The notes beneath the pieces were generated by a model that was not told the DNA's origin, did not search any database, and saw nothing but the letters and a program-made list of their open reading frames with translations. From NCBI RefSeq assembly GCF_002854065.1, contig NZ_CP024147.1: a DNA stretch of 64,000 nucleotides. One strand, given 5' to 3'. The position numbers and the translations under genes are program-made. How positions within the stretch are numbered: position 1 is the stretch's first letter; the number at the start of each line of letters is the position of its first letter. Source of the stretch: Escherichia coli. GTDB taxonomy: Bacteria; Pseudomonadota; Gammaproteobacteria; Enterobacterales; Enterobacteriaceae. This document shows positions 36,974 to 49,254 of this stretch, in pieces.

Positions 36974-37085
36974 TGGAGCACCTCAAAAACACCATCATAC
37001 ACTAAATCAGTAAGTTGGCAGCATCACCCAGTTAAGCGTATTATTGGTGCAGAGCCCGGGCGTACCGGGCTCCGTTTTGAGGGGG

Positions 37086-37499
37086 TTATGTCCGGACCAG
37101 CGCTTTTTCTGACACCACCATTTTTATTTGCCCATGGTTAGTGAAGTGTACGCTCATCCTGTGGTTTTTTTGCAGTTGCTGATAGAGTTCATCAGGTATT
37201 GCTAAGCTCTCTGCATATTCTTGCGGCGTGTATTGGTATGCTGCATGATGCTGCTGTTTTTGATAACGCAGCTTGTTGTACAGCGCCCAGATAATTAACA
37301 CGACGGCATTCGTCACCGCCACGAAAAAATAGAACTGAAGTCTGCTTCGGGCATCGCTTTGCCAGTAATAACCCGACAGCAGATCCATGGCGAATAAGAA
37401 TATAAACAAAGCAAATAACGCCCACAGGATAGTCGTAGCTACATAATCAACCAATAAATGTACTGGCGATTGTCGGGTCGTAATAATTAAATTGTTCAT
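37086..37499 (-). CDS. pgaD: PGA synthesis protein PgaD
   Basis: 137 aa, [41 protein letters not shown]. Confidence 0.9.
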   Translation of the reverse strand: MNNLIITTRQSPVHLLVDYVATTILWALFALFIFLFAMDLLSGYYWQSDARSRLQFYFFVAVTNAVVLIIWALYNKLRYQKQQHHAAYQYTPQEYAESLAIPDELYQQLQKNHRMSVHFTNHGQIKMVVSEKALVRT

Positions 37500-37500
37500 A

Positions 37501-38826
37501 TTAACCTCTCAGAATACCACGATCTGGGCTTATCCAACGGGCGCGTTGCTTTTTATGCATCAACATGACTCGTGTAAATGAAACCAACGTCGTTGCAAGA
37601 CTCAGTACCCAGAAAATGACCGGGAACCAGATAATCCAGAGAAGCGATGAAGCAAGATTATGCTCATAGCGATTCTCAATTACCAGACTGACAATAAATT
37701 GTACTAAACATAACGCACATAATAATATTCCTGCAGTATGTGTCTCGGCGATATGTGTCAATTCAATATTTAACGGTACACCTGCAAGCTGGACCACGTA
37801 AATAATGAAACCAACAAGACAGGTAAAGGCCCATATTGTCGTCAGGCAATATTCAAAAAACAACGGCCACATTCGTACGTTTTCTTTACGCCATAATCTG
37901 GTCATATTTTTGAGGAATACTTCTGCACCACCCTGGGCCCAGCGCAGGCGTTGTTTCCATAGCCCTTTTAATGTTTCCGGCATTAATATCCAGCACAGCG
38001 CCCGTGGCTCGTAAAAAATTGTCCACTGATTCAACTGCAGCTTCCAGCTAATATCAATATCTTCGGTGATCATATCGTCACTCCAGTAACCCACTTCAGC
38101 CAGGGCACTGCGACGAAATGCAGCGATAACGCCGGAAACAGTAAATACGTTTCCATAGATACGCTGGGTGCGTTTGATCAAACCAATAATTGAGGAAAAC
38201 TCGCCAACCTGAATTTTACCTATCAGAGTTGAACGTGTACGTATGCGAGGATTACCGGTTACAGCACCCACGCGAGGGTTGTATAACATTGGTTCAACAA
38301 TATACGCCGCCGCATCGCGATCTAATAACGCGTCGCCATCGATACACACCAGATATTCGCTTTTCGCCGCGGCTGCTCCGGTTTTAAGCGCAATGGCTTT
38401 CCCCTGGTTTTGCGCCAGATGAATGACTCGCAGACGGGGAATTTCCGCAGCCAGTTGATCCAGGATCGCACGGGTTTTGTCTGTTGAACCGTCATTTACA
38501 GCAATAACTTCAATGTTCTCATAACGCTGTGCCAGAGCTGCGTGTATGGTTTCCTCAACGTTTTTCTCCTCATTAAAACAGGGAATGATAATGGAGATAG
38601 ACGGATTATCTTTCAGCTGTGGAGCTGGTGCGTTTTCTCCCCACGGCCAATGGCGTTCGCGATAGGCCCAGAAATAGACTCCGCCAACAATCCACAGAAT
38701 GGACATAAAAAATGGCCAGAAGAAAACGAACCTCATCATCAATTCGCCAGAATGAAAGTACGCTACACATAGGGGTATGCATAACACCAGACATAATATA
38801 AAAAACGATACGATACGATTAATCAT
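37501..38826 (-). CDS. pgaC: Poly-beta-1,6-N-acetylglucosamine synthase PgaC (GT2)
   Basis: 441 aa membrane glycosyltransferase with QRLRWAQG-type motif. Confidence 0.9.
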   Translation of the reverse strand: MINRIVSFFILCLVLCIPLCVAYFHSGELMMRFVFFWPFFMSILWIVGGVYFWAYRERHWPWGENAPAPQLKDNPSISIIIPCFNEEKNVEETIHAALAQRYENIEVIAVNDGSTDKTRAILDQLAAEIPRLRVIHLAQNQGKAIALKTGAAAAKSEYLVCIDGDALLDRDAAAYIVEPMLYNPRVGAVTGNPRIRTRSTLIGKIQVGEFSSIIGLIKRTQRIYGNVFTVSGVIAAFRRSALAEVGYWSDDMITEDIDISWKLQLNQWTIFYEPRALCWILMPETLKGLWKQRLRWAQGGAEVFLKNMTRLWRKENVRMWPLFFEYCLTTIWAFTCLVGFIIYVVQLAGVPLNIELTHIAETHTAGILLCALCLVQFIVSLVIENRYEHNLASSLLWIIWFPVIFWVLSLATTLVSFTRVMLMHKKQRARWISPDRGILRG

Positions 38827-40837
38827 TTTTCGGATACCAGGCTGTGGAAAACTCAGGACGAATAACGTCTATTTCAGGTTTGTTATGCAGGAAGTTATCG
38901 GGATAATAACCATAATTTTTCACTCCATTCAGTTGGAAAAGGCTCATCCAGTGAGCAAGTTTTTGCGAAGAAATAGCCTGATGCTGACCATTGTTCTGCC
39001 AGTTTTGTGCCTGTAATTCTAAAATAGATTTATCTTTTGCTTGAGGGATGCTTTTAATCTGATTGACCAGTTGTATTAACCATTGATCAGCAGATTTCTC
39101 ATCAACTCCTTCCATATAGGGCATTGCCATGATTGCCGTCCAGTCATAGCTTTGTAGAAAATCGGCATAGTTTTGGGCAAACCATGCTTCACTTTCTGGC
39201 TGCATAACGGGGAGGGCAAAAATATTTCTCGCAGTCTTAATTTGTGGGCCGCGAACAGCCTTGACTTTGGCGCTTAGCGCTAATGTGAAGTCTGTTAAGG
39301 CCTTGCGTTTAAATTGCGTCCAGCGTTTAAATTGCTCAGGATCCTCGCGGATTTCACGAATACTCGTCGCAAATCCTGCTTTCTTATAAGCAGCTATTGC
39401 TGGAGCACTGGCATCTTCGTAATCTGACAACACGGCATCGTCATGAAACAAAATGCCATCAAAAGACGCATGACCTGCAAGATCCTCATAAAGGGTACTA
39501 ATTTGTTCACGTACCCGGTCATCGAAAAGGGAGAGACGACGGTATTGCGCTGGATGAATTTGTGATGCTTGCTTATCAAATGGCAAATATTCCACCCGGG
39601 GTAATGCAGGATCTAAATCCCAACTCAATACCGGCATCCAGGCGTAAACGGCCACTCCGGCACGAGTCCTTAATTGCCATGCAACACGGTTAAACAAATC
39701 CGCTTTCATGGGTAACAGGCGATTAGGAAACCAGACCTCTTTAACCAGACCATCACCTGCTGGGTCGGCGAAAGCCTGCAAATACACACTGGAAATTTGC
39801 ATATCTTTCACCCGCTGAATCAACACATCCAGATTTCGCTCCAGCTGTTGGCGGTCAGCATCATAAACATAATCGAGATCGATGTGCATAACTCGCTCTG
39901 GTGATGTTTCCTGCACACCAATAATTTGCTGAGCAAACTCTTTAAGTGATGGATTATTGGCGATTAATACGCGCGGAATAGAATCTAACTGGGAAATATT
40001 TCCCAGTCCGGACTCCAGAGTGAAGAACATGTCATAACCCAGTTTTTTTAATTCCTCAATCGCAATACCGTTTGCTGCACCATAGGGCCAGACAAAAACC
40101 TGGGCATTTACGCCAGCATTTGTTTTCAACTTCTCGGTCATTTTTACGGCATCCTGACGAATGCGGCTGCGATATTCCGCTTCGGTTTCGTATCGCTCAT
40201 TATTTGAAAAATACATGCGATTAACAAAAGCGGGTAATTTGCTGCCAGTGGGATTAGCCTCAATACCGTAGTGAAAATTCCAGGTATGCGAGGCTATTTC
40301 AACCAACTTCGAACGTCCTATTTCACGCACTTGTTGCCAGGTGGCAAAATAGTCTCTGTCTACCATTTCATCGCCAAATTTAACTTGTTGATTCATCGGC
40401 GTGTCTATCCAACTGCCAACCGGTGCCCATAATGCGGGCCACTGGAATGCTTGCAGAATAGGGAATACACGGCTGTAAAAACTCTGAAATCCATCATCAA
40501 AGGAGAGTAAAACCGCTTTATTAGGTAGCGGTTTTCCCCCACGGTGAGCTTCCCGAATTTGGTCAACGCTGACGGGGTGATAGCCATTTTCACGAAGCCA
40601 TGCAAATTGTTCACGAAGCGCAGAAGTTCGCACTGACATAAAACGCTGATCAGCAGTATCGTCTTCAACATTATGCCAGGAGATGGCTACAAAGTTATTT
40701 TGTGGCCACGGATGTTCTGCCTTTAAAGATTCTCGACTTTGTGGTGGCGTAAACTTATTGTTTTGATGATTAAAACATGCAGAAAGCATAGCAATGCTAA
40801 TCAACAAAAACAGATATCTTATTCCTTTACGTAACAT
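38819..40837 (-). CDS. pgaB: PGA N-deacetylase lipoprotein PgaB
   Basis: 672 aa with lipobox-like N-terminus (LSAC). Confidence 0.9.
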   Translation of the reverse strand: MLRKGIRYLFLLISIAMLSACFNHQNNKFTPPQSRESLKAEHPWPQNNFVAISWHNVEDDTADQRFMSVRTSALREQFAWLRENGYHPVSVDQIREAHRGGKPLPNKAVLLSFDDGFQSFYSRVFPILQAFQWPALWAPVGSWIDTPMNQQVKFGDEMVDRDYFATWQQVREIGRSKLVEIASHTWNFHYGIEANPTGSKLPAFVNRMYFSNNERYETEAEYRSRIRQDAVKMTEKLKTNAGVNAQVFVWPYGAANGIAIEELKKLGYDMFFTLESGLGNISQLDSIPRVLIANNPSLKEFAQQIIGVQETSPERVMHIDLDYVYDADRQQLERNLDVLIQRVKDMQISSVYLQAFADPAGDGLVKEVWFPNRLLPMKADLFNRVAWQLRTRAGVAVYAWMPVLSWDLDPALPRVEYLPFDKQASQIHPAQYRRLSLFDDRVREQISTLYEDLAGHASFDGILFHDDAVLSDYEDASAPAIAAYKKAGFATSIREIREDPEQFKRWTQFKRKALTDFTLALSAKVKAVRGPQIKTARNIFALPVMQPESEAWFAQNYADFLQSYDWTAIMAMPYMEGVDEKSADQWLIQLVNQIKSIPQAKDKSILELQAQNWQNNGQHQAISSQKLAHWMSLFQLNGVKNYGYYPDNFLHNKPEIDVIRPEFSTAWYPKND

Positions 40838-40845
40838 AATGATCC

Positions 40846-43266
40846 TTAAAATTTGAATGTCATATCAAATTCAACATATAAATTATGCTCTCTGTTGCCG
40901 TCATAAGGCCGCTTTTCCCAACGTACCGTTGCACCGGCATTTATTACGTCATTCCACGCAACGCGTTGCCCATACCCCAGTTGTGTAACTAGATCGGTAC
41001 CATAATTTTTTTGCCATGAGGTACCAGCGCCTGCGCTAAATATTTGCTGCCAGCTATTCTCGTATTTACGCCACAATAAATGGCTTGCCTCCAGTGCCGG
41101 AACAATATCGAGCGTTTTTTCCGGGTTAAAATAGGGGGTGTCTTTTTTTGTATTCTGGCCGTAATAAATTGTGGGCTGAAAATCAATAATCAGTCGGGAT
41201 GAAGACCACATCCGTTCACTACCATTGATAAATACTTCGTGACGTTGGTTTCCATCAGAAAAATCAGTAAATGCCCATGAACTGCTGTATTGACGACGCT
41301 CATTCTGATACCAGCGTAAATATGCCTGAGCACTGTTGCCGGTTATGCCATTTTTCATTGCCCGTAGGGGGACTCGATGAGAGATGCGTTCCAGTTCAGC
41401 ACCAAGTCGCCAGTTGTCGTTAAAATCGTACCAGCCTGATAAACGTGCACCGGGTTTATGTTCGCCATTAAAATAACGTCCAGCAAATTCTGCTTCCAGC
41501 CAGATGTCGCGCGAACGCCATTCGAGGCCAGTTAACCAGTCACGAACAATCCCTTTCCCCTCGCTGAATTGACCATCAGCATAGCCAAAACCAGCAAAAG
41601 CACGCCAGTTTTCATTCAGCGGTGGTGAGTACACAACGCTGGTAAAATTCACATCATGTTTGCCATTATCCGGACCTTCGGAATCCAATCCAGAAGAACC
41701 TGAAATACGTAGTTCAGCCATGTCATGTACTTCAAGCGCACGCTGTATACGTTTTACCGCGGGGGCTTCAGGATTGCGGGTGACCACATCTTCAGTTAAT
41801 ACTTTCGCCTGTTTCCACTCCTGCAATGTTAATGCATTCCAGGCCTGTTCAACCTCCAGCAGTATATTTCTTGGCTCAAGTAGTTCGGCTTTTTTTAATT
41901 CTGTTTCTGCAGCACGAGGTAAACCACGAGCCTGTAATACGCTGGCGTAGTCGATGCGTAATCCCTGATTACCCGGTGCGTTATTGCTCATATTTCGGGT
42001 TATTGCTTCAGCTTGTGGTAAATCATTACCGTATTGCGCAGCCGCTGAAAGGAACGAATAACCCTGTAGCCACTTGTCATTAGGTATCGTTACAGGAGAA
42101 CCCATAATCCGACGGTATGGAGATGCTGTAGTAATGGTGTGATCAGTGAGCATTAACACCCCACTATAATTCTCACTTTCCAGATGGCTGTAAAAGAGAT
42201 CTGCACGCTCTTCTTCGGATAATTCAATATTTGGTTGTGCCTGGTGATAGAACAGTTGGGTCATCATCGCTTGTGCTTTTCCCGGTTGACGATCGTGCAG
42301 ATAAGCGGAAGCAACCCAATACTGTGCCCAGGGGGGAACAGATTGCCCTGTATTTTGTAAATGCTGATAATGAGAAATAACATCTTTGTAGCGTTCGCGG
42401 GTTAACAACGCGCCAAGATGGTCAACCTGAATACGCTGGTATTGTGCAATTCGGTCTGGGTTGTTTTGCCACAGAATATCTAATGCGGTGTATTGGGCGA
42501 GGGCGCGATCGGCAATGGCATAGCGTTCACTTTCACTGCGCGTAGGCATAAATGACAGTCTGACCAATTCGGCATGAATATCAGCGCGGATATCCGGCGT
42601 TAAATTGGCATCGTCAATGGCGGCAGAAAGCTGATTATTACGTAATGCCTGTACGTATTCTTCCGTATATTGCGTAGAGGAATTTTCAGGTAATGATTCT
42701 GTCATTGCCCGTAATTCATCTTGATGACGACCTGCCAGTTTATAGATATAGGCTTCTGCGAGTAAATTGGCTTTGTCAGGTGTACCGGACTTAATCTGCT
42801 GAAGTTTAACCAGTGCAGTGTCATAGTGACCCGCATCTGCCAGGGTTAAAATTTGTCCCCGTTGATAATCTTTATTTTGCGGCTCCAGAGAGAGAGTCTT
42901 TTGCCACAGTGTCAGTGAGTTTTGCCATTGCTGCATGTTACGATAAGCGATGGCGGCAGCCGCATAAGCGCGCGCGGGTAATTGCTGGTGACGGTAGCGG
43001 TTGTAAACGCTAATAACCTGTTTATCTTGTCCAGCCCATAAGGCAATCTGTAGCCAGTCAGCAATCTGGTTATTACTGAGTACAGACTTTTGTGCAAACC
43101 ATGTTAAAGCTGGCTGAGTATTACCCTTGCGAGCTTCAATAATCAATGCATCATAGGCGTTATTAACTGCACTATTCGCAACGGGACTCGACGCTAAAAA
43201 TGCAGCGGTAAGAAAATTCAAAACCAATTTGGTTTTTGGGCACCTTTTTTTACTACTTGAATACAT
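40846..43266 (-). CDS. pgaA: PGA export outer-membrane porin PgaA (TPR plus beta-barrel)
   Basis: 806 aa, MYSSSKKRCPKTK... ending ...EFDMTFKF. Confidence 0.9.
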   Translation of the reverse strand: MYSSSKKRCPKTKLVLNFLTAAFLASSPVANSAVNNAYDALIIEARKGNTQPALTWFAQKSVLSNNQIADWLQIALWAGQDKQVISVYNRYRHQQLPARAYAAAAIAYRNMQQWQNSLTLWQKTLSLEPQNKDYQRGQILTLADAGHYDTALVKLQQIKSGTPDKANLLAEAYIYKLAGRHQDELRAMTESLPENSSTQYTEEYVQALRNNQLSAAIDDANLTPDIRADIHAELVRLSFMPTRSESERYAIADRALAQYTALDILWQNNPDRIAQYQRIQVDHLGALLTRERYKDVISHYQHLQNTGQSVPPWAQYWVASAYLHDRQPGKAQAMMTQLFYHQAQPNIELSEEERADLFYSHLESENYSGVLMLTDHTITTASPYRRIMGSPVTIPNDKWLQGYSFLSAAAQYGNDLPQAEAITRNMSNNAPGNQGLRIDYASVLQARGLPRAAETELKKAELLEPRNILLEVEQAWNALTLQEWKQAKVLTEDVVTRNPEAPAVKRIQRALEVHDMAELRISGSSGLDSEGPDNGKHDVNFTSVVYSPPLNENWRAFAGFGYADGQFSEGKGIVRDWLTGLEWRSRDIWLEAEFAGRYFNGEHKPGARLSGWYDFNDNWRLGAELERISHRVPLRAMKNGITGNSAQAYLRWYQNERRQYSSSWAFTDFSDGNQRHEVFINGSERMWSSSRLIIDFQPTIYYGQNTKKDTPYFNPEKTLDIVPALEASHLLWRKYENSWQQIFSAGAGTSWQKNYGTDLVTQLGYGQRVAWNDVINAGATVRWEKRPYDGNREHNLYVEFDMTFKF

Positions 43267-43772
43267 CCTGTATTACTCCATGTATTGCAAAAATACTCTC
43301 TTCGCGAATGTCCAGTTGGCTGAAAAGAAAAGACTTATTCACATCAAAAACCCGTAATTAAACGAGGAATAAAGACGCTAATTGTTGATAGTGAGATGAA
43401 GAAATGGTGAGCTGAGTGTTCCTATCAAATCCTTTACTTTCCTCGAAAATCCATCCCAAAAGGGAAGGACTACGGGGATTCTGCATAATTCCCTATGCGT
43501 CTTTCAAGGTAATAAAGGATTAAAATAATTAAATCAGTAAATTCCGAGTGGTGATTTCGGATTTTTCGAAAACCCTGATTCAATGCGGTGTTGCAGCATT
43601 ATTTTCTGTAATAATTACTCTTGATGACTATATGAATTATTGTTTTATGGGGGGGTATAATGATTTATGAGTTTTTACAACTTATTGCAGTAGTGAATCT
43701 GTAAAATATTAAGATGGTGATTGTTTACCTGTGTAACTATGCTCGTTAGGGAAGGTGCGAACAAGTTCCTGA

Positions 43773-43943
<171 letters not shown>

Positions 43944-43956
43944 TAGTGACTCCAAC

Positions 43957-44460
43957 TTACTGATAGTGTTTTATGTTCAGATAATGCCCGATGACCTTGT
44001 CATGCAGCTCCACCGATTTTGAGAACGACAGTGACTTCCGTCCCAGCCTTGCCAGATGTTGTCTCAGATTCAGGTTATGTCGCTCAATGCGCTGAGTGTA
44101 ACGCTTGCTGATAACGTGCAGCTTTCCCTTCAGGCGGGGTTCATACAGCGGCCAGCCATCCGTCATCCATACCACGACCTCAAAGGCCGACAGCAGGCTC
44201 AGAAGACGCTCCAGTGTGGCCAGAGTGCGTTCACCGAAGACGTGCGCCACAACCGTCCTCCGTATCCTGTCATACGCGTAAAACAGCCAGCGCTGACGTG
44301 ATTTAGCACCGACGTAGCCCCACTGTTCGTCCATTTCCGCGCAGACGATGACGTCACTGCCCGGCTGTATGCGCGAGGTTACCGACTGCGGCCTGAGTTT
44401 TTTAAATGGCGGAAAATCGTGTTGAGGCCAACGCCCATAATGCGGGCAGTTGCCCGGCAT
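43957..44460 (-). CDS. insB: IS1 InsB (copy 2)
   Basis: 167 aa. Confidence 0.85.
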   Translation of the reverse strand: MPGNCPHYGRWPQHDFPPFKKLRPQSVTSRIQPGSDVIVCAEMDEQWGYVGAKSRQRWLFYAYDRIRRTVVAHVFGERTLATLERLLSLLSAFEVVVWMTDGWPLYEPRLKGKLHVISKRYTQRIERHNLNLRQHLARLGRKSLSFSKSVELHDKVIGHYLNIKHYQ

Positions 44461-44654
44461 CCAACGCCATTCATGGCCATATCAATGATTTTCTGGTGCG
44501 TACCGGGTTGAGAAGCGGTGTAAGTGAACTGCAGTTGCCATGTTTTACGGCAGTGAGAGCAGAGATAGCGCTGATGTCCGGCAGTGCTTTTGCCGTTACG
44601 TACCACCCCGTCAGTAGCTGAACAGGAGGGACAGCTGATAGAAACAGAAGCCAC
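44379..44654 (-). CDS. insA: IS1 InsA (copy 2)
   Basis: 91 aa, near-identical to copy 1. Confidence 0.9.
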   Translation of the reverse strand: MASVSISCPSCSATDGVVRNGKSTAGHQRYLCSHCRKTWQLQFTYTASQPGTHQKIIDMAMNGVGCRATARIMGVGLNTIFRHLKNSGRSR

Positions 44655-44686
44655 TAGAGCACCTCAAAAACACCATCATACACTAA

Positions 44687-45571
<885 letters not shown>

Positions 45572-45823
45572 TAAAAACCGGAAATAACGCCAGAAATGGT
45601 GGAAAAAATAGCCTAAATAGGCTGATTCGATGTGTTTGCGGGAAAAAAATCGGCCCAGATCCGCGAAATTTTAATCAACGAGTCAGCTTGGGAAGAAATG
45701 ACCTGCTTATTCGCACCTTCCTTAGTATCTATTATATTTAGCTATTTATATTGACAATGGCATGTTTATTATATCTATTAATAGTGTAAAGAGATTTTAC
45801 AGCCTTCAGGTTGGAGTGGTTTT

Positions 45824-47191
45824 ATGATGAAGGACTATTTTGGAATTGGTAGTACGGTATTTGTGAGTTTGTTGTTCGGGCTTGCATTTATTTTGGTGAA
45901 TAGTTGGTTTCATCAGCCGACTGTTAAGGAGACTGTTCCGCAATCGACATATCTGATGGTTATGATTGCTCTGTTTGTTATTGATATAATAGCATTCATT
46001 TTTATGCAGTTATATTTCATTTATGATCGTCGACAATTTTCAAACTGTATACTTGGTTTAGCCTTTCTTAGCTGTCTGATTTACTTCATTAAAACAGTCA
46101 TTATCATTCAGCAACCTATTGAGAGGGGGCTAACTAACAGCATTATTCAAAATGATACTGCTATTTATTATTTTTTCAGGCAGGTAAGCTTATGTTTATT
46201 GATTAATCTGGCGCTGGTAATTAAGTTGAATGAAAAAAATGATTTGTGTGAAAGGTGGCATAAAAGAATCGGTTTTTACATCAGTGTGATTTTTATAGTT
46301 GGCCTGCCCATTATTGCTTTCATATTTAGTAGCCAATGTGAGAACTATAGTTTAACTATAGCTGAGTTATTAAATAAAAATGGCCGAGTTGTGTGGAAAA
46401 CGTCTTATGTTATCGTGCTGATATTTATGTGGTTAATGCTGTTGGCAGTTAATTTATATTTCAATCGTTTGCGTAGTGATATCTGGAATGGGGTATCGGT
46501 GATTGCTTTTTGTGCTGTGCTATATAATGTCTCTCTTTTATTTATAGGGAGGTATAGTGTATCCATTTGGTATATTAGTCGAACTATTGAGTTGTTCAGC
46601 AAGTTAACAGTTATGGCGATATTCATGTGTCATGTATTCAGTGCGTTGCGCGTGACAAAGGATATTGCACATCGCGATCCATTAACCAATGTTTTTAACA
46701 GAAATTATTTTTTCAATGAACTGAAAAATCAATCAGCATTAGCCAAAAAAAAACCTTATTGCGTCATGATTATGGATATTGACCACTTCAAAAAAGTCAA
46801 TGACACCTGGGGGCATCCGGTTGGCGATCAAGTGATTAAAACAGTGGTGAAAATCATTGGGAAAAGTATACGGCCAAACGATCTTTTAGCACGCGTTGGC
46901 GGAGAAGAGTTTGGTGTTATGTTGACGGAGATCGATTATGAAAATGCGGAAGCCTTAGCTGAAAGGATTCGGGCAAATGTTGAGCGTTTGACGGGAGATA
47001 ATCCTGAATATGCCATCCCACAAAAAGTAACGATTAGCATTGGTGCCGTGGTGATGCATGGAAATTCGTTAAAACCGAATGAGATTTATCGGTTGGCTGA
47101 TAAAGCGCTTTATAACGCGAAAGAGTCAGGACGTAACAAGGTTGTTATGACGGAGGCAGAAAATCTTATGAACTGGAAGGATGATGATTAA
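45824..47191 (+). CDS. dgcT: Membrane-anchored diguanylate cyclase (GGEEF), DgcT/YcdT-like
   Basis: 455 aa; N-terminal transmembrane segments; RVGGEEFGVM active-site motif. Confidence 0.8.
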   Translation: MMKDYFGIGSTVFVSLLFGLAFILVNSWFHQPTVKETVPQSTYLMVMIALFVIDIIAFIFMQLYFIYDRRQFSNCILGLAFLSCLIYFIKTVIIIQQPIERGLTNSIIQNDTAIYYFFRQVSLCLLINLALVIKLNEKNDLCERWHKRIGFYISVIFIVGLPIIAFIFSSQCENYSLTIAELLNKNGRVVWKTSYVIVLIFMWLMLLAVNLYFNRLRSDIWNGVSVIAFCAVLYNVSLLFIGRYSVSIWYISRTIELFSKLTVMAIFMCHVFSALRVTKDIAHRDPLTNVFNRNYFFNELKNQSALAKKKPYCVMIMDIDHFKKVNDTWGHPVGDQVIKTVVKIIGKSIRPNDLLARVGGEEFGVMLTEIDYENAEALAERIRANVERLTGDNPEYAIPQKVTISIGAVVMHGNSLKPNEIYRLADKALYNAKESGRNKVVMTEAENLMNWKDDD

Positions 47192-47296
47192 TTCTGTCGC
47201 CAGTTGTCGAACCCCTGTCGGGGCTTCTCATCCCCCCGGCATGTGCAACATACGAAAAAAAAGCCCGTACTTTCGTACGAGCTCTTCTTTAAATAT

Positions 47297-47310
47297 GGCG
47301 GTGAGGGGGA
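47297..47310 (-). other. 14-nt match to the 3' end of a tRNA-Ser gene (reverse complement), candidate att core
   Basis: tggcggtgaggggg equals the reverse complement of ...CCCCCTCACCGCCA as I recall the tRNA-Ser(GGA) 3' end; a short match, could be chance. Confidence 0.3.
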
Positions 47311-47469
47311 CCGCCTGAAATAAATCTGACTTAATCCGGGAGTGTTATATAACCTCATTATAAACAATGCATTACAATTTTTGCTGTCCGATGTTATCTA
47401 ATGTATTCTTAGTGAAGTGAGAGACTAATGGCATACTGAATGGCATACCAGAGTAACAGGAATTAGCGT

Positions 47470-48678
47470 ATGGCAGTATTGACGGATACTAAAGCAAGGC
47501 ATATCAAACCTGATGACAAACCATTGCCCCATGGGGGAATTACAGGACTGACTCTTCATCCTTCTTCAGTAAAGGGGAGGGGTAAATGGGTTTTTCGTTA
47601 TGTAAGTCCGGTGACACAAAAAAGGCGTAATGCTGGATTGGGAACTTATCCTGAGGTCAGTATTGCTGAAGCTGCACGTACTGCCCGGATAATGCGAGAG
47701 CAACTTGCTGCAGGTGATGATCCTCTGGAGATTAAAAAGGCTGAAGCTGAAAAAGTTGTTATCCCAACATTTGCCGATGCAGCCCGGCGTGTACATGCAG
47801 AATTGTCACCGGGATGGGAAAACCCAAAGCATGTCAGGCAGTGGTTGTCGACGCTTGAAAATTACGTGTTTCCTCAACTGGGAGCAAAAACGCTGGATAC
47901 GATTACGGCTGCGGACGTGGCAGAGACACTGCGTCCAGTCTGGTTGACCTTATCAGAAACGGCAAGCCGGGTTAAACAGCGCATTCATGTTGTTATGCAG
48001 TGGGGCTGGGCGCATGGTTTTTGTGTGGCGAATCCTGTTGATGTGGTTGATCATTTGCTTCCACAGCAATCAAGAGGACGTGATGAACACCAGCCGGCAA
48101 TGCCCTGGAGGCAGTTACCGCTTTTTGTGGCGACCAGTGTGTATACAGATGAACCTTATAATGTTACCCGGGCACTGTTATTAATGGTGATACTGACAGC
48201 AACCCGCTCGGGCGAAGCAAGGGGAATGCGCTGGGCTGAAATTGATTTTCATAAGCGGATATGGACGATACCCGCAGAAAGAATGAAAGCCAGGATACAG
48301 CATCGTGTTCCTTTATCCCGACAGGCCATTCACGTTCTGGAAAATATACGTGGTCTGCATGACGAACTGGTGTTTCCTTCTCCCAGAAAGCAGCAGATCC
48401 TTTCAGATATGGTGTTGACGAGTTTTCTGCGTAAAAAGAAGGCCATCAGTGATATACCCGGACGAGTGGCTACAGCACATGGTTTTCGTTCAACATTCAG
48501 GGACTGGTGTAGCGAACAGGGATATTCGCGGGATTTGGCGGAAAGGGCGCTTGCCCATACGCTGAAAAATAAGGTTGAGGCGGCATATCACCGGACTGAT
48601 CTGCTGGATCAGCGTATACCGATGATGCAGGCATGGGCGGATTATGTGATGTCTCAGATTATGGAAAACCAGCGATGA
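47470..48678 (+). CDS. Tyrosine recombinase / integrase (internal to island)
   Basis: 402 aa; C-terminal catalytic region with HGFRSTFRDW and AYHRTD (R-H-R-Y type). Confidence 0.85.
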   Translation: MAVLTDTKARHIKPDDKPLPHGGITGLTLHPSSVKGRGKWVFRYVSPVTQKRRNAGLGTYPEVSIAEAARTARIMREQLAAGDDPLEIKKAEAEKVVIPTFADAARRVHAELSPGWENPKHVRQWLSTLENYVFPQLGAKTLDTITAADVAETLRPVWLTLSETASRVKQRIHVVMQWGWAHGFCVANPVDVVDHLLPQQSRGRDEHQPAMPWRQLPLFVATSVYTDEPYNVTRALLLMVILTATRSGEARGMRWAEIDFHKRIWTIPAERMKARIQHRVPLSRQAIHVLENIRGLHDELVFPSPRKQQILSDMVLTSFLRKKKAISDIPGRVATAHGFRSTFRDWCSEQGYSRDLAERALAHTLKNKVEAAYHRTDLLDQRIPMMQAWADYVMSQIMENQR

Positions 48679-48901
48679 AATCACATCTCACAGATTTGCA
48701 GATGTCGTCTGTAATCACGAAAAATATACTTATTGAGTTATAATGCTTGTTTGTCTGATATTTGCAATGACATAAATGTAAAAATAATACGTAATATTGT
48801 AGTTTATAAATTGAATGATAAAAACAATGCCAGTTTGTAACCGATGTCTGGCATTGTTTCAGATATTCAGGTTGGTAACTGAATGATAAAAGACGGGAAC
48901 T

Positions 48902-49254
48902 TTAATTTTTTGTAGTTATGTTCCATATTTTAGTCTGTTCTTCATTTCTGTACTTATTCAGCTTATGGTCCCAACAGACTATAAACATTCCACGCTCCAT
49001 TATCGGGATGTTTGCCTCATTTGCTAATTCACAAGGTGTAATCGCGTCACCGATATAAATGATTTTTTGGCCGATTGAATAATCAATTACGATTTTTTTC
49101 TGTTCTGCAAGTATATCAAGTGCTTCATCAAGAACACATTTATTCCTGAGAGCATATGGACCATATTGCAGTATATGGCTTTTTTGATATTCGTATCCTT
49201 TTACCCGGATGATATTTTCTCTGAGCCATTTATCCAGTTTTTCTGCAGGAGATA
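48902..49254 (-). pseudogene. 5'-truncated gene remnant (about 117 C-terminal codons) ending at the IS903 boundary
   Basis: Open frame without a start: ...LSPAEKLDKWLRENIIRVKGYEYQKSHILQYGPYALRNKCVLDEALDILAEQKKIVIDY...NITTKN. Confidence 0.4.

Larger units (their letters stand above)
36261..37028 (-). mobile_element. IS1, copy 1 (768 bp), no target-site duplication
   Basis: Ends ggtagtgactccaacttactgat and atcagtaagttggcagcatcacc; insA and insB inside; flanks gtcgttggg / cagttaagc do not match. Confidence 0.9.
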
